A stretch of 63,974 nucleotides of DNA, filler included. It is 8 parts of 8 records of this genome, joined end to end, with 100 filler letters (N's around TTAATTAATTAA, not from the genome) between each part and the next. Parts side by side here need not be neighbours in the genome. Positions count along the whole stretch, not along the records: positions 20,311 to 25,644 come from SRR31147125_77583; positions 25,745 to 39,916 come from SRR31147125_77659; 6 more parts are not named here. One strand, written 5' to 3'. Each line of letters begins with the position of its first letter. Position 1 is the first letter of the stretch. Below are positions 21,255 through 32,303 of this stretch, piece by piece. Under the pieces are notes generated by a model. It did not search any database. It saw only the letters and a list, made by a program, of their open reading frames with translations, and had not been told where the DNA came from. The translations under genes and the position numbers were made by a program.

Positions 21255-23324
21255 TTATTGCTGGGTCTGTACCCCTAAATAGAGCAGAGCGGAGAGCACC
21301 CTCACTTCCACAGCATCCCACCAAGTGGCGTCCAAGATACCATCTGCATTGTCATCTACCCCAAAATAGAGGACAGACGTTCCTACGCTTTTCGGCAAAG
21401 GTGGAATCGAGAGTGTTGAAAAAGAGATGATTTCCATCTCTATACATCTTTTTATACCCGACTTCCAACCGAACCCCTCCGGTCCGACAACCAAAGAATA
21501 GAAATCGGTAGCCGATGCAGCCACGATCCACCAATCTGCATTTTTGCCTTCCCTGTTTCCGGGATCCATCCCTATGGTAATGGCCGCCATATCGGAAGAT
21601 GCTACTGAAATTGACGTATCTTGGCCATTTGCTTTGATATCCGGTATCGGCGAAGATGTCCCAGGTGCATTACCGCCTGTATATTCGTGGCATCCCATAT
21701 CCGACCCGCCGCCGTAGGGTCTTGAGGTTCCGTTGATATCATGAGTCGGTATAAGGCCATTCAAACTCCCCGGCAACAGTGCCGCATCGATAGCCGGACT
21801 GTTTTGATTCAGTCGATAATCAAAGGACTCCAAGCGATTATCGGTCAATTGAGGGTTCTCATTGAGGTCACGATCCGATAAAGACACGTTGCCGATTCTC
21901 GGTTGACCGTCTGAAGCGTAAAGTAGGTTGTAATGGATTTGCCTTGTACCGAACAGGTCCGGCTCATACCAGATATAACTCGACAACTCGGTCGGCTCGG
22001 AAAACTCGTGGTACTCATGAAAAATATTATTTACAACAATGACTTCGCTATTTTCGCAAGTCCCCTCAGCGCACTCCACCAGAAGCAGGACATCTCCTTC
22101 TCCCGCTATGGTGGAGTGAATCAGCGACACTTGATTTCCTTCTCTTAACGTCAAGGCAACGCTGCTTCCCCCTGCCCTGCAGTGATCCACATGGTAAGTA
22201 AAGGACTTTTCATCGAAAAAACCGCAATCGCTGACGATCAAACAGTTTTCAATACGTGCCGGGCCGTTGGTCTTGAATTGATCCCCTGCATTCCCGTACG
22301 CGTGACTTCTTTCGATATCAATCTGCGTTCCAGGCTCTCTTGCATAAAGCAGATCGAGACCGTCTGATGTATTATATCGAAAAACGGAATCTTCAATCTT
22401 CCAATGGCCGCCTGTTGTCCCGGTGCCGAGCCCATCTCCATACCCTCCGGCGGTTTGTCCCCAGCAGCTATGGGGTTCCGATTCCGGGTAGGACTCCCCA
22501 CAGCCATTCCACTCGACAATGACACCATCAAACCGCAGGGTGCCCCCGTTACTGTCTTCGCCGTCTGCCAAATCGCCATTCCAGCCGCCCCAGCCGTTCC
22601 CGGCAAGGCGCACGTCCTTGAGTGTCCAGTCCCGAAGGCCGCCGGCTTCGACAGCGTAGGATGCAAATCCGTGGATCTCCACACGTTCCAATAGGATCGA
22701 TGACGCACCTGATGCATAGAGTCCGGTTGACGCCCACGTTCCATAGGGATACGAATCTCGTTGACACCGAACATCAGGATCGGCATGTGATTCAACGCAA
22801 CCGGAGTGATCGGTGAGCTCAAGACATCTGATCTCAGCATTGGATGTGCCTGAGAGATCAACGATGTGATAGGCACGTTCAGTTCCCCATAACTCCGGCG
22901 CATCAGGGCATCCCTGGTCCCACCCCACTCCCAGAATTCGCGTTGGATGATCGGCGTCCGCTCCCGAAGGAAGGGGAGGCAGATGGCAATCATAGGGATA
23001 GTCCATGGAGCACCAGTCGCTGTTGGGCGCTCCAAATCCCATTTGATAATTCCCAGGAAAAAGAATCAGTGTATCCCCGCCTTGAATTTTCCATGATGGG
23101 GGCTCTCCTCCCTCCAGAGCCCAGAATGGATGAGACCATGCACAATCTCCAGGACTTGAGGCACTGTATGGGGCATCTGAAAGCCCGGTGCATTGTGAGG
23201 ATGTTCCGCCTTCCGGCCTCACGAAATATACTGCTGCGATTGTCCTTCCCGGCATTTCGAATCCCCACGACATAATCCATGAATAAACAACGACCCAAAT
23301 AACCTTTTTTGCCATCTCTCTCAT
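21255..23324 (-). CDS. Secreted right-handed beta-helix (pectin-lyase-like) protein with a distinct C-terminal domain
   Basis: Signal-like N-terminus; repeated beta-helix turns (NGWGGW, YNTSDGLDL, GNAGDQFK); SPAIDAA...RPYG..DMGCHE motif. Confidence 0.7.
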   Translation of the reverse strand: MREMAKKVIWVVVYSWIMSWGFEMPGRTIAAVYFVRPEGGTSSQCTGLSDAPYSASSPGDCAWSHPFWALEGGEPPSWKIQGGDTLILFPGNYQMGFGAPNSDWCSMDYPYDCHLPPLPSGADADHPTRILGVGWDQGCPDAPELWGTERAYHIVDLSGTSNAEIRCLELTDHSGCVESHADPDVRCQRDSYPYGTWASTGLYASGASSILLERVEIHGFASYAVEAGGLRDWTLKDVRLAGNGWGGWNGDLADGEDSNGGTLRFDGVIVEWNGCGESYPESEPHSCWGQTAGGYGDGLGTGTTGGHWKIEDSVFRYNTSDGLDLLYAREPGTQIDIERSHAYGNAGDQFKTNGPARIENCLIVSDCGFFDEKSFTYHVDHCRAGGSSVALTLREGNQVSLIHSTIAGEGDVLLLVECAEGTCENSEVIVVNNIFHEYHEFSEPTELSSYIWYEPDLFGTRQIHYNLLYASDGQPRIGNVSLSDRDLNENPQLTDNRLESFDYRLNQNSPAIDAALLPGSLNGLIPTHDINGTSRPYGGGSDMGCHEYTGGNAPGTSSPIPDIKANGQDTSISVASSDMAAITIGMDPGNREGKNADWWIVAASATDFYSLVVGPEGFGWKSGIKRCIEMEIISFSTLSIPPLPKSVGTSVLYFGVDDNADGILDATWWDAVEVRVLSALLYLGVQTQQ

Positions 23325-23377
23325 TTTATCCTCATTTTTCCCAACTATGGCCCGGCAGACAAAAGGGCGACGCTTCT

Positions 23378-24154
23378 TTAAATTATTTTTTTTGCAACGG
23401 AATCAGAAGCTTTAAGCCCATTGAGTAAGGGTTCAATGAGATCCATAGGCAACGGAAAGACAATGGTTGAGTTTTTTTCCGAAGCGATTTCAGTCAGCGT
23501 ATGCAGGTAACGCAACTGCATCGCTTGGGGTTGTTTGACCAGGGTTTGGGCGGCAGCCAGTAGTTTCTCGGAGGCTTGCAGCTCGCCTTCGGCATGAATG
23601 ACCTTGGCGCGGCGCTCGCGTTCCGCCTCCGCTTGTCTCGCAATGGCGCGGACCATATTTTCATTCAGGTCAACGTGCTTAATTTCTACATTGGTCACCT
23701 TGATTCCCCAGCTTTCCGTCTGTTGATCCAAAATGGCTTGGATATCGACATTCAACTTTTCCCGTTCCGCCAGCATATCATCGAGTTCATGCTGTCCCAG
23801 TACGGAACGAAGCGTGGTTTGCGCCAACTGGCTGGTGGCCTCCAGAAAATGTTCCACTTGGATAATGGCTTTCATCGCATCAACTACCCGGAAATAAAGA
23901 ACCGCGTTGACTTTCACCGAAACATTGTCGCGGGAAATGACGTCCTGCGTGGGGACATCCATCACCACCACCCGCAAGTCAACCCGCACCATCTGCTGGA
24001 TCACGGGAACCACAATGATCAAACCGGGGCCTTTGACCTTCCAGAAACGTCCCAGCATAAAAATTACCCCACGCTCGTACTCTCGTAAAATTTTGAACAT
24101 GCTTACAAATAGGATCAATACAATCAAGCTGACATATATAATATAGTTGAACAT
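23378..24154 (-). CDS. Slipin / stomatin (SPFH band 7) family protein
   Basis: [33 protein letters not shown] and [10 protein letters not shown] motifs. Confidence 0.95.
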   Translation of the reverse strand: MFNYIIYVSLIVLILFVSMFKILREYERGVIFMLGRFWKVKGPGLIIVVPVIQQMVRVDLRVVVMDVPTQDVISRDNVSVKVNAVLYFRVVDAMKAIIQVEHFLEATSQLAQTTLRSVLGQHELDDMLAEREKLNVDIQAILDQQTESWGIKVTNVEIKHVDLNENMVRAIARQAEAERERRAKVIHAEGELQASEKLLAAAQTLVKQPQAMQLRYLHTLTEIASEKNSTIVFPLPMDLIEPLLNGLKASDSVAKKII

Positions 24155-24157
24155 TTA

Positions 24158-25540
24158 TTATCCCTCCTTTTCATCTTTTTCGAAAGATTGAATCCACAGG
24201 GTCAGCCCCTCCAACTTCATTACCTGGACGGGCTCTCCCTGTTTGATGGGATGACGGGTGCGTGCCTGCCAAATCTCGCCCTTCAATCTCACCCGGCCGT
24301 CCTGATCAAAGTCTGACAGAGCAACGGCGGTTGCGCCAAGAATAGATTCCTGACCACTGACAACCGGGCGTTGCCGGGCTTTGATTATTGCCCCCACGAG
24401 CAGGATAAAGAATGCCGCACTGAACAGGGCAAAGGTTCCTATCAGGAATGGTGAAATACCATAGCCGGGCAGTTCGGTATCCATCAGGAATATGGATCCC
24501 ACCACAAAAGCAATGACGCCTCCTATCCCTAAGATCCCAACGCCGGGAGCAAAGACCTCCGCGACCATCAGAGTAATGCCCAACAGAATCAGTCCCAGTC
24601 CCGCATAGTTGACCGGCAGCATTTGAAACGCATACAGGGCCAGCAACAGGAAAATAGCCCCTGTCACACCAGGAAGAATGGCTCCCGGATGAGCGAACTC
24701 AAGGATCAGTCCGTAAATTCCCAGGATCATGAGGATATAAGCCACATTTGGATTGGTGAGTACAGCTAATAAGCTGCTGCGCCAATCCGGTTCAATTCGT
24801 TGAATGGAGAGGTGTTGAGTCTGCAACGTCCTTTCCAGGTTCAACACTTGCACCTTTCGCCCGTGGAGCCCCTTCAAAAGGCCGGACACATCGTTGGCTA
24901 TCAGGTCAATGACGTCGAGTGTCAATGCTTCCTCAGCAGGGAGACTGGCTCCTTCTCTCACCGCTTTTTCCGCCCATGCCACGTTACGGTGACGCAACTG
25001 TGCCAATCCGCTGAGATACGCGACGGCATCATTAATGATCTTCCTCTCCATCGCGGTTTTTCCCATGGGCGCAGAAGGTTTTGTCTCTTTATCTTTGTCC
25101 ATTGGAAACTCTTTATCAGGAAATTCAGGGATGGGAACTCCGCCAATCCGTACCGGAGTTGCAGCCCCTATGTTGGTAGCCGGAGCCATCGCAGCGATAT
25201 GACAGGCGTACAGGATATATGTTCCGGCGCTGGCGGCCCGCGCCCCGCCGGGAGCGACAAAACCGGCCACAGGGACAGAGGAAAGAAGAATTTTTTTAAC
25301 AATATCCCGCATTGCCACATCCAAACCGCCGGGAGTGTCGATGCGAAGAACAACAAGGGCCGCCCCTTGTTGGGCCGCCTTTTTCAAGCCACGATCCACA
25401 TAATCACTGGTCGCAGGACCAATAGGCCCACGAATCTCCAACAATACGGCTTCATGGGAATCGGAATACGCTTTTCCCACCATGATGAAGAACCACAGGA
25501 GCAACAGCGTACACCCTGTATGTCGCCAACCGTAAACCAT
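24158..25540 (-). CDS. nfeD: NfeD long form (stomatin operon partner protease)
   Basis: IDTPGG, ARAASAG and TNIGAATP serine protease domain, TM region, C-terminal OB fold (GEIWQA); adjacent to slipin. Confidence 0.93.
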   Translation of the reverse strand: MVYGWRHTGCTLLLLWFFIMVGKAYSDSHEAVLLEIRGPIGPATSDYVDRGLKKAAQQGAALVVLRIDTPGGLDVAMRDIVKKILLSSVPVAGFVAPGGARAASAGTYILYACHIAAMAPATNIGAATPVRIGGVPIPEFPDKEFPMDKDKETKPSAPMGKTAMERKIINDAVAYLSGLAQLRHRNVAWAEKAVREGASLPAEEALTLDVIDLIANDVSGLLKGLHGRKVQVLNLERTLQTQHLSIQRIEPDWRSSLLAVLTNPNVAYILMILGIYGLILEFAHPGAILPGVTGAIFLLLALYAFQMLPVNYAGLGLILLGITLMVAEVFAPGVGILGIGGVIAFVVGSIFLMDTELPGYGISPFLIGTFALFSAAFFILLVGAIIKARQRPVVSGQESILGATAVALSDFDQDGRVRLKGEIWQARTRHPIKQGEPVQVMKLEGLTLWIQSFEKDEKEG

Positions 25541-25644
25541 ATTCCCCCCTTTTTCCCATTTCAATTCTCGACACGGGTTCAGTCTCAAGAATTACCGATT
25601 TAACCTTTCTTTTCGCTGCAAAGCATTGAGCCGCTAAAAAAAAA

Positions 25645-25744
25645 NNNNNNNNNNNNNNNNNNNNNNNNNNNNNNNNNNNNNNNNNNNNTTAATTAATTAA
25701 NNNNNNNNNNNNNNNNNNNNNNNNNNNNNNNNNNNNNNNNNNNN
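25645..25744. other. Artificial contig spacer 4
   Basis: Same linker. Confidence 0.98.
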
Positions 25745-27683
25745 GCCGGCACAATCGGGTGACACGTTCACCCTGTACGCAAGTTTTGATGATGCGGACT
25801 ACGGTGTCCCGATGACGCTGAAACTCGCATCCGGATCAGGCATCCGGGAAGGCTCGACCAAAGTGATATACCGGGGCATCGAGGCAGGTAAAGTCAAGGA
25901 GATCTCGATCAATGACGATCCCGATCACTCGGTCACCGCCCACATCCTGCTCGACCCCCGGGCCGAGATGATCCTGAAGGAGAACACCAGGTTCTGGCTG
26001 GTCAAACCGGAACTCTCCATCGATGGTGTCCGCAACCTCAACACCCTGCTGTCAGGCACCCATATCACCTTTCAACTCGGAGACGGTGCGTTCAGGGATG
26101 ATTTCGAGATTATGCCGGAACCTCCCGTACACACACCACTGCGACCCGGAAAATCATTTCAGCTGAGCTCGAAAGAAACGCCGACATCCGGGGTCGGAGC
26201 ACCGATCTATTACAAGAAAATGAAAATCGGTGAGCTGCTCGGCAGCACCCTGGCGCCCGGCTATGACTCAGTTGACACATCGATTTACATCTACGAGGCG
26301 TATTCCGACCTGGTGAGGACCGACTCGGTATTCATCGAATCCGGCGGGATATCGATCAAAGCCAGTCTTTCCGGGTTTTCATTCAAGATGGATCCGCTGG
26401 TCTCCACGTTCAAGGGCGGCATCGACCTGCTCACCCCGAACCTGAATCAGCAGGATCAGAACGGTTTTGCCGAAGAAAATCACCAGTTCACCCTGTACCG
26501 AAATTTTGAGGAGGCGGCCGATGCCATGCCGGAGCTCCTGCCGAAAGGGTTGTACCTGAAGCTGACCACGGACGATCTCGGTTCTTTCCGGGCGGGTACA
26601 CCGCTTTTCTTCAAGAAGATCAGAATCGGCCAGGTCATCAGCTACGACTATTCAAAAAAATCCAATAATATCGAGCTGTCCTGCTTTATCGAAAACCGTT
26701 ACCGTGACCTGATCACAACGGCGTCGAAATTCTACAACACGAGCGGAATTCGTGTTTCCGGCGGACTCTCTGGTGTCTCGGTGGAAACCGAGTCTCTGGA
26801 GTCGATCATTCTCGGCGGCATCAGCGTTCTTCCCGGTTCAGACGGAGACGCGGTCGGCCGGGACCATCGATTTCCGGTCTACACGTCACACGATGAAGCA
26901 GAAAAATCCGAACACATAGAGATCTCGGTTCAGTTCGAAAACGTCGGCCAGCTCAGCAAAGGTGCCAAGGTCTTCTGTCGCGGTGTCGCGCTTGGAGAGG
27001 TCATTCGAACGTCATTCAACGACGACCTGAGAACGATCGTGGCAACGCTGAGCATCGAAAAGCAGTACGAGAAGTTCTTCAGGAGAGACACAAAGATCTG
27101 GCTCACCCAGCCGACAATCACATTGAGCAAGGTTGAAAACCTCGGCAGCATGCTCTTCGGGCTGTCGGTGATCGTCGAGCCTGGCAGCGGCAAGCTCGCC
27201 CGTACCTTTAACGGGTTGAGCACGGCACCGCACCCGTTCTTCACGTCGATCGGCGGCCTGGGGCTGATACTCGAGACAAACCAGCTCGGCTCGCTCGATA
27301 TCGGCTCTCCGGTCTATTATCGGCGGGTGAAGGTGGGTGAGGTAACCGGCTACGACCTGGCGTTCAACTTCAAGGACGTCCTCGTCTACATCACCATCGA
27401 AGACAGATATACGCCGCTGATCAGGGAGAATACGAAGTTCTGGAATGCTTCCGGAGTAACAATCACCGGCGGAGTCTTTTCCGGTATCACCGTGTCCACC
27501 GAATCCCTCGAGGCCCTGGTTGCCGGAGGTATCTCACTGGCAACACCGGACAAGGAGAAGATGGGCTCCCGGGTAGATACCGGATTCCGGTTTACGCTCC
27601 ATGACAAACCCGAGGAAGGCTGGCTCGACTGGAAACCGGAAATCTTCGTAGTCGAGGAAGAGGAAAAGACCGAACTTAACTGA
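25745..27683 (+). CDS. Multi-MCE (MlaD) domain protein, PqiB/LetB-like; 5' truncated
   Basis: About five MCE repeats (YRGIEAGKV, YKKMKIGE, FKKIRIGQV, CRGVALGEV, YRRVKVGEV); FWNASG. Confidence 0.9.
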
Positions 27684-27691
27684 CACAAACG

Positions 27692-27739
27692 CCGAACCCC
27701 TTCCCCGATAAACAGAACGGTATCGGGGAAGGAGTTCGG
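27692..27739. terminator. Stem-loop between convergent genes (likely bidirectional terminator)
   Basis: CCGAACCCCTTCCCCGATA pairs with TATCGGGGAAGGAGTTCGG with one mismatch. Confidence 0.75.
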
Positions 27740-27740
27740 T

Positions 27741-30700
27741 TCAGATCATCTCCCGATTCTTCACTTCCTGCTCAACGTCAACCACAAGTTCACGCATAGT
27801 CTCGAGCAGCACGTAGATAACCGGAACCAGCATCGTGGAAACAAAGGTTGCGGCAATCATTCCGCCAAGAACAACCACTCCGATTGATTTCATCGTCATC
27901 GCTCCCGCACCGGTTGCAACCGCCAGTGGAATAACGCCAAAGACGAATGACAGAATGGTCATCATGATTGCCCTGAAACGTGATTGTGCGGCAAACAACG
28001 CTGCCTCCTTGATCGGGACGCCAAGCTCGCGCTGTTCCTTGGCGACCTCGACGATTAAAATTGCATTTTTCGACGATAAGCCGATCAGCAAAACAAGGCC
28101 GATCTGGGCGAACAAGTTGTTATCAAGACCAGCTAAGTTCTGCCCGATGAGTGCACCGAGCATGACCAGCGGCACCGATACCATAATCATAATCGGTAGG
28201 ACCCAGCTTTCATATTGAGCGGAAAGGACCAGGTACACGACAATCAGCGCGAAGGTAAAAACATAGATCTTCGAATTACCGGCCAATCGCTCCTGGTATG
28301 ACATTCCAGACCATTCATAACCATACGCATTGGACTCCGGCAGCACCTTGGCAGCCACCTCCTCCATTGCAATCATAGCTTGTCCCGAGCTGTAGCCTGG
28401 TGCTGCTGATCCGTTGATCGTAATGGCACGGTACATATTGTAATGGGACAGATCGGACGGCCCGATAGTCTTTTTGAGGTTTATCAGCGTGGAAACCGGC
28501 ACCATATCTCCGTTTCGGTTCCTGACAAACAGATCGGAGATGTCTTTTATTTCGCTTCGAAACGACTTGTCGGCCTGTATGTAGACCCGGAATACCTTCC
28601 CAAACTTATTGAAGTCATTAATATAAAACGAACCGAGATAGGACTGCAGGGTAACGAACAATTCCGCGAGGTCGACGCCAAGCGCAGCAGCCTTCTGCCG
28701 GTCAATGTCAATCTCGACAAACGGATAATTAGGCGCATAGGTCGTATAGGCCATGCCGATTCGCGGATCCTGGTTTGCCTCGGCGATCAATTGACCTGCA
28801 TAGTTTACAAACGTCGTGAGGTCACCGGACAAGTAATCCTGCAGGCGGAAATCAAACCCGCCGACGGTACCGATCCCCGGAATACCCGGAAGATTGAACG
28901 CAACGACATTGGCATCAGAAATAGCCGCTGCCTTTGTATTGACCTCCTTTAAAATAGATCCAATGTCCAATCCCGGTTTATTTCGTTCACTCCAGGGAGT
29001 CAGTGATACAAAGCCCGCTCCGGCACTTGAATCAAGCGTTGAGCTGAGCAGGTTGTAGCCGTCGATCAGAACCAGGTCCTTGATCCCTTCCACCTCTCTG
29101 AGCAGTTCCTCAACATCTGCCCGGACTGCACTGGTCTGGCTCAAGGCGGTCCCCGGTTTCAGATTGAACATGATCATGAAGGCCCCTTTATCCTCCTCCG
29201 GAACAAATCCTGTGGGCGTTACTTTAAACGCCCACCAGGTAGCGACAAGCAGGCCGATAAAGACGAGTATAATCAGATATCTGACCTTGATCAGGAATTT
29301 CACCAGTGCGGTGTAGCCCCTGGTCAACAACTCGAAAAACTGATCGAATAGCCGAAACAGGATGAACTTGCCCTTGCCCTCCGGGAACCGTCTGATAACA
29401 ATTGCCGAGAGCGCCGGCGAGAGCGTCATCGCGTTGAGCGAGGAGATCATTACTGCAAATGAAATGGTCAGAGAGAACTGGCGATAGATAGAACCGGTCA
29501 GCCCCGGCATCATCGAGACCGGTACGAAGACTGCCACCAGAACGAGTGTTGTCGCGATAATCGGCCCAATGAGCTGGAGCATTGCCTTCTTGACCACCTG
29601 CGGTATCGTCAGCTCTTTTTCCTCATTCATGATGGTCTCGACTTTTTCCACCACCAGAATCACGTCATCCACGACAATACCAATCGCCAGGATGAGGCCG
29701 AAAAGCGTGAGGAAGTTTATCGAAAACCCGGCCGCCAGCATGACGCCGAAGGTACCGACGAGTGACACCGGAATCGCCACTGAAGCGATAATAGTCGGCC
29801 GCCAGGACCCAAGAAAGACGAAGACGATCAGGATAACAAGCGCCACCGCTATCACGAGATTCTGGACCACATTCTGGATCGCCACATCGACAAAGAGCGT
29901 CGTGTCATACGGTATCGAATATTCAATCCCATCCGGAAAGCGCTGACTGAGCTCTTCCATTTTTTCAACGGCACGCTTCTTGATATCAAGCGCGTTTGCA
30001 CCGGGTAATTGATAGATCGCAACGGATGCGGCCGGCTTCTGGTTCACCCGGGCATTCCAGTCATACTTCTCGGCTCCCAGCTCGATGGTCGCGACATCGC
30101 GCAAATATACCAGCGTACCGTCATCATTGTATTTGACAACGATCTCCTCAAACTGACGCACGTCCTTGAGCTGGCCCTGGGTCGTCAGGGTAAACTGGAT
30201 CTGCTGGTCATCAAAAGTCGGCGGAGCCCCCAACCGCCCGAGGGCAGCCTGTCGGTTCTGGGACTGGATCGCCGAAATAATGTCATTGGGACTCATGCCG
30301 AGGGATTTTATCCGGTCAGGCTCAAGCCAGATCCTCATCGAATACTTCTTCTCACCCAGCGCTTCGGCTTTGCCCACACCAGGTATTCGCCTGAGCTCGT
30401 CAAGAATATTAATGGTTACGTAATTGCTGAGAAATCCCTCATCAAAACGCTCATCGCCCGTCACCGCGATGAAACAAACGATGGAGGGCGACTGCTTGTC
30501 GACGATAACTCCCTGCTGACGAACCTCTGAGGGAAGCTGGGGGGTCGCCATCGACACCTTGTTCTGTACGTCCACCGCAGCAATATCGAGACTGTATCCG
30601 GGCTCAAAATAGACGTTGATGGAGGCCGTTCCGGCACTGGTGCTGGAACTGGTCATGTAGATCATCCCCTGAACACCGTTGATGCGATCTTCCAGTGGCC

Positions 30701-30890
30701 GGGTTACCGATTCTTCCACCGCAAACGCATTCGCACCAGTATAGGTCGCCGATACCAGAACCGTTGGTGGGGCAACTTCAGGATATTCCTGGATTGGCAG
30801 GATGAATATCGACACGATACCGGCCAGTACGATGAGCAACGATATGACCATCGCAAAAATTGGACGCTTGATAAAAAAGACTGATAACAT
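27741..30890 (-). CDS. RND efflux permease (AcrB/MexF type, HAE1)
   Basis: 1049 aa; FFIKRPIFAMVIS, GIVVDD, KNAILIVE and RFRAIMMT motifs. Confidence 0.96.
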   Translation of the reverse strand: MLSVFFIKRPIFAMVISLLIVLAGIVSIFILPIQEYPEVAPPTVLVSATYTGANAFAVEESVTRPLEDRINGVQGMIYMTSSSTSAGTASINVYFEPGYSLDIAAVDVQNKVSMATPQLPSEVRQQGVIVDKQSPSIVCFIAVTGDERFDEGFLSNYVTINILDELRRIPGVGKAEALGEKKYSMRIWLEPDRIKSLGMSPNDIISAIQSQNRQAALGRLGAPPTFDDQQIQFTLTTQGQLKDVRQFEEIVVKYNDDGTLVYLRDVATIELGAEKYDWNARVNQKPAASVAIYQLPGANALDIKKRAVEKMEELSQRFPDGIEYSIPYDTTLFVDVAIQNVVQNLVIAVALVILIVFVFLGSWRPTIIASVAIPVSLVGTFGVMLAAGFSINFLTLFGLILAIGIVVDDVILVVEKVETIMNEEKELTIPQVVKKAMLQLIGPIIATTLVLVAVFVPVSMMPGLTGSIYRQFSLTISFAVMISSLNAMTLSPALSAIVIRRFPEGKGKFILFRLFDQFFELLTRGYTALVKFLIKVRYLIILVFIGLLVATWWAFKVTPTGFVPEEDKGAFMIMFNLKPGTALSQTSAVRADVEELLREVEGIKDLVLIDGYNLLSSTLDSSAGAGFVSLTPWSERNKPGLDIGSILKEVNTKAAAISDANVVAFNLPGIPGIGTVGGFDFRLQDYLSGDLTTFVNYAGQLIAEANQDPRIGMAYTTYAPNYPFVEIDIDRQKAAALGVDLAELFVTLQSYLGSFYINDFNKFGKVFRVYIQADKSFRSEIKDISDLFVRNRNGDMVPVSTLINLKKTIGPSDLSHYNMYRAITINGSAAPGYSSGQAMIAMEEVAAKVLPESNAYGYEWSGMSYQERLAGNSKIYVFTFALIVVYLVLSAQYESWVLPIMIMVSVPLVMLGALIGQNLAGLDNNLFAQIGLVLLIGLSSKNAILIVEVAKEQRELGVPIKEAALFAAQSRFRAIMMTILSFVFGVIPLAVATGAGAMTMKSIGVVVLGGMIAATFVSTMLVPVIYVLLETMRELVVDVEQEVKNREMI

Positions 30891-30893
30891 GGG

Positions 30894-32075
30894 TTACTCC
30901 TCTGTCTCAAGCATACCCTGCTTTTCAAACACAGCTCTCACACCTTTCTCCCCAGTCGCATCTTTGGGTTCGAGCTTTGCGCCCCCACGAAGCTTGGCAA
31001 AACCTGAAACAACAACACGTTCACCCCCTTCAAGTCCGTCTGTAACGATGAGAAAGTATCGACTCTCATATCCGCTCGCGATATCCACCCGTTTCGCTTT
31101 ACTGCTCTCATCGACGACATATACATAGCTCCCCTGCTGGTCTTCCTGAACAACACCAGGAGGGATTAACAAAAACGACGCCTGGTCGGTAACCATGACT
31201 TCCACATACACAAACGTACCCTCGAGCAATGAATGATCATCATTTTCAACCAGGGAGCGCATGGAAATCGTACCGGTCATGGCATCCACCCGGTTATCGG
31301 CAAAATCAACTTTGCCCGTCAGCGCTTCACGCTCGACCATCGAGTTTGATGCATCGGAGACGAATACCCGGGCCGGCATCTGGTCCTGCGATTTATAGGT
31401 CCGCATGGTCTGGAATTGCGCCTCTGTCGGATTAAAGTAGGCATACATCGGGTTATCCGACACGATGGTTGTCAAAACCGTCTGTTCGCCATACCCAACG
31501 ACATTTCCAACATCTACCAGTTTTCTGCTGACCCGCCCGGAAATCGGGGCCTTCACCTCGGTATAGCTTAAATTGAGCTCGGCCTCCCTGATGACCGCCT
31601 CATCGGATTTAATGGCTGCTACCAACTCCGCTTCACGGGCCTCGTATTGGTCAAGTGTCGCTCGCGGCGCCAGGTCTTCAGCCACCAGAGGTTTGTAACG
31701 TGCAACATCGGCACGGGCAAGTTTCAGGCTTGCCTGGTTCTGCTGCAATTGCGCCTGGGCCCTTTCAAGAGTCGCCTCATAGGTGTCTTTCTCAAGAACG
31801 AAAAGCAACTCCCCCTTCTCGACATAATCACCTTCGGTGTACAACACCTGCTCGAGTCGTCCGGAGACCCGGGCACGTACCTCAACCCGTTTGGTCGCCT
31901 CGGTCCTTCCGGTAAATTCGATCCATATCGGCACTGGTTCTTTGTCTACGGTGATTACCTCGACCGAAAGTGGCGGAGGCTCTTTCTTTTCAGTGGGAAC
32001 CTCTTGTTTTTCCTCGCTGCACGCAGCCAAGAGGACAGTTGCTGCAAGACAAAAGGATACGAAAAAACGGATCAT
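30894..32075 (-). CDS. RND periplasmic adaptor (membrane fusion) lipoprotein
   Basis: Lipobox LAAC; VEVRARVSG and YTEVKAPISG motifs. Confidence 0.95.
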   Translation of the reverse strand: MIRFFVSFCLAATVLLAACSEEKQEVPTEKKEPPPLSVEVITVDKEPVPIWIEFTGRTEATKRVEVRARVSGRLEQVLYTEGDYVEKGELLFVLEKDTYEATLERAQAQLQQNQASLKLARADVARYKPLVAEDLAPRATLDQYEAREAELVAAIKSDEAVIREAELNLSYTEVKAPISGRVSRKLVDVGNVVGYGEQTVLTTIVSDNPMYAYFNPTEAQFQTMRTYKSQDQMPARVFVSDASNSMVEREALTGKVDFADNRVDAMTGTISMRSLVENDDHSLLEGTFVYVEVMVTDQASFLLIPPGVVQEDQQGSYVYVVDESSKAKRVDIASGYESRYFLIVTDGLEGGERVVVSGFAKLRGGAKLEPKDATGEKGVRAVFEKQGMLETEE

Positions 32076-32303
32076 GACGTTTTCCTTCTCGGAATAGGGG
32101 CGGTGGATGGATAGAGGTTTATATCAAAATACGTTACCAATTCCTTACCTGTTTTTGATTTCAATAACAAACCATTAATCGGCAAGACCTTGTCGTAAGG
32201 CTCATCTCTATGTTAATAGTTACTGTCTGTATTGCAACATAGATAGTCCACGCGGCGATTATAATACTGAGATAAACAGTGAGTTCCACCCAGGGGTCCT
32301 GAT

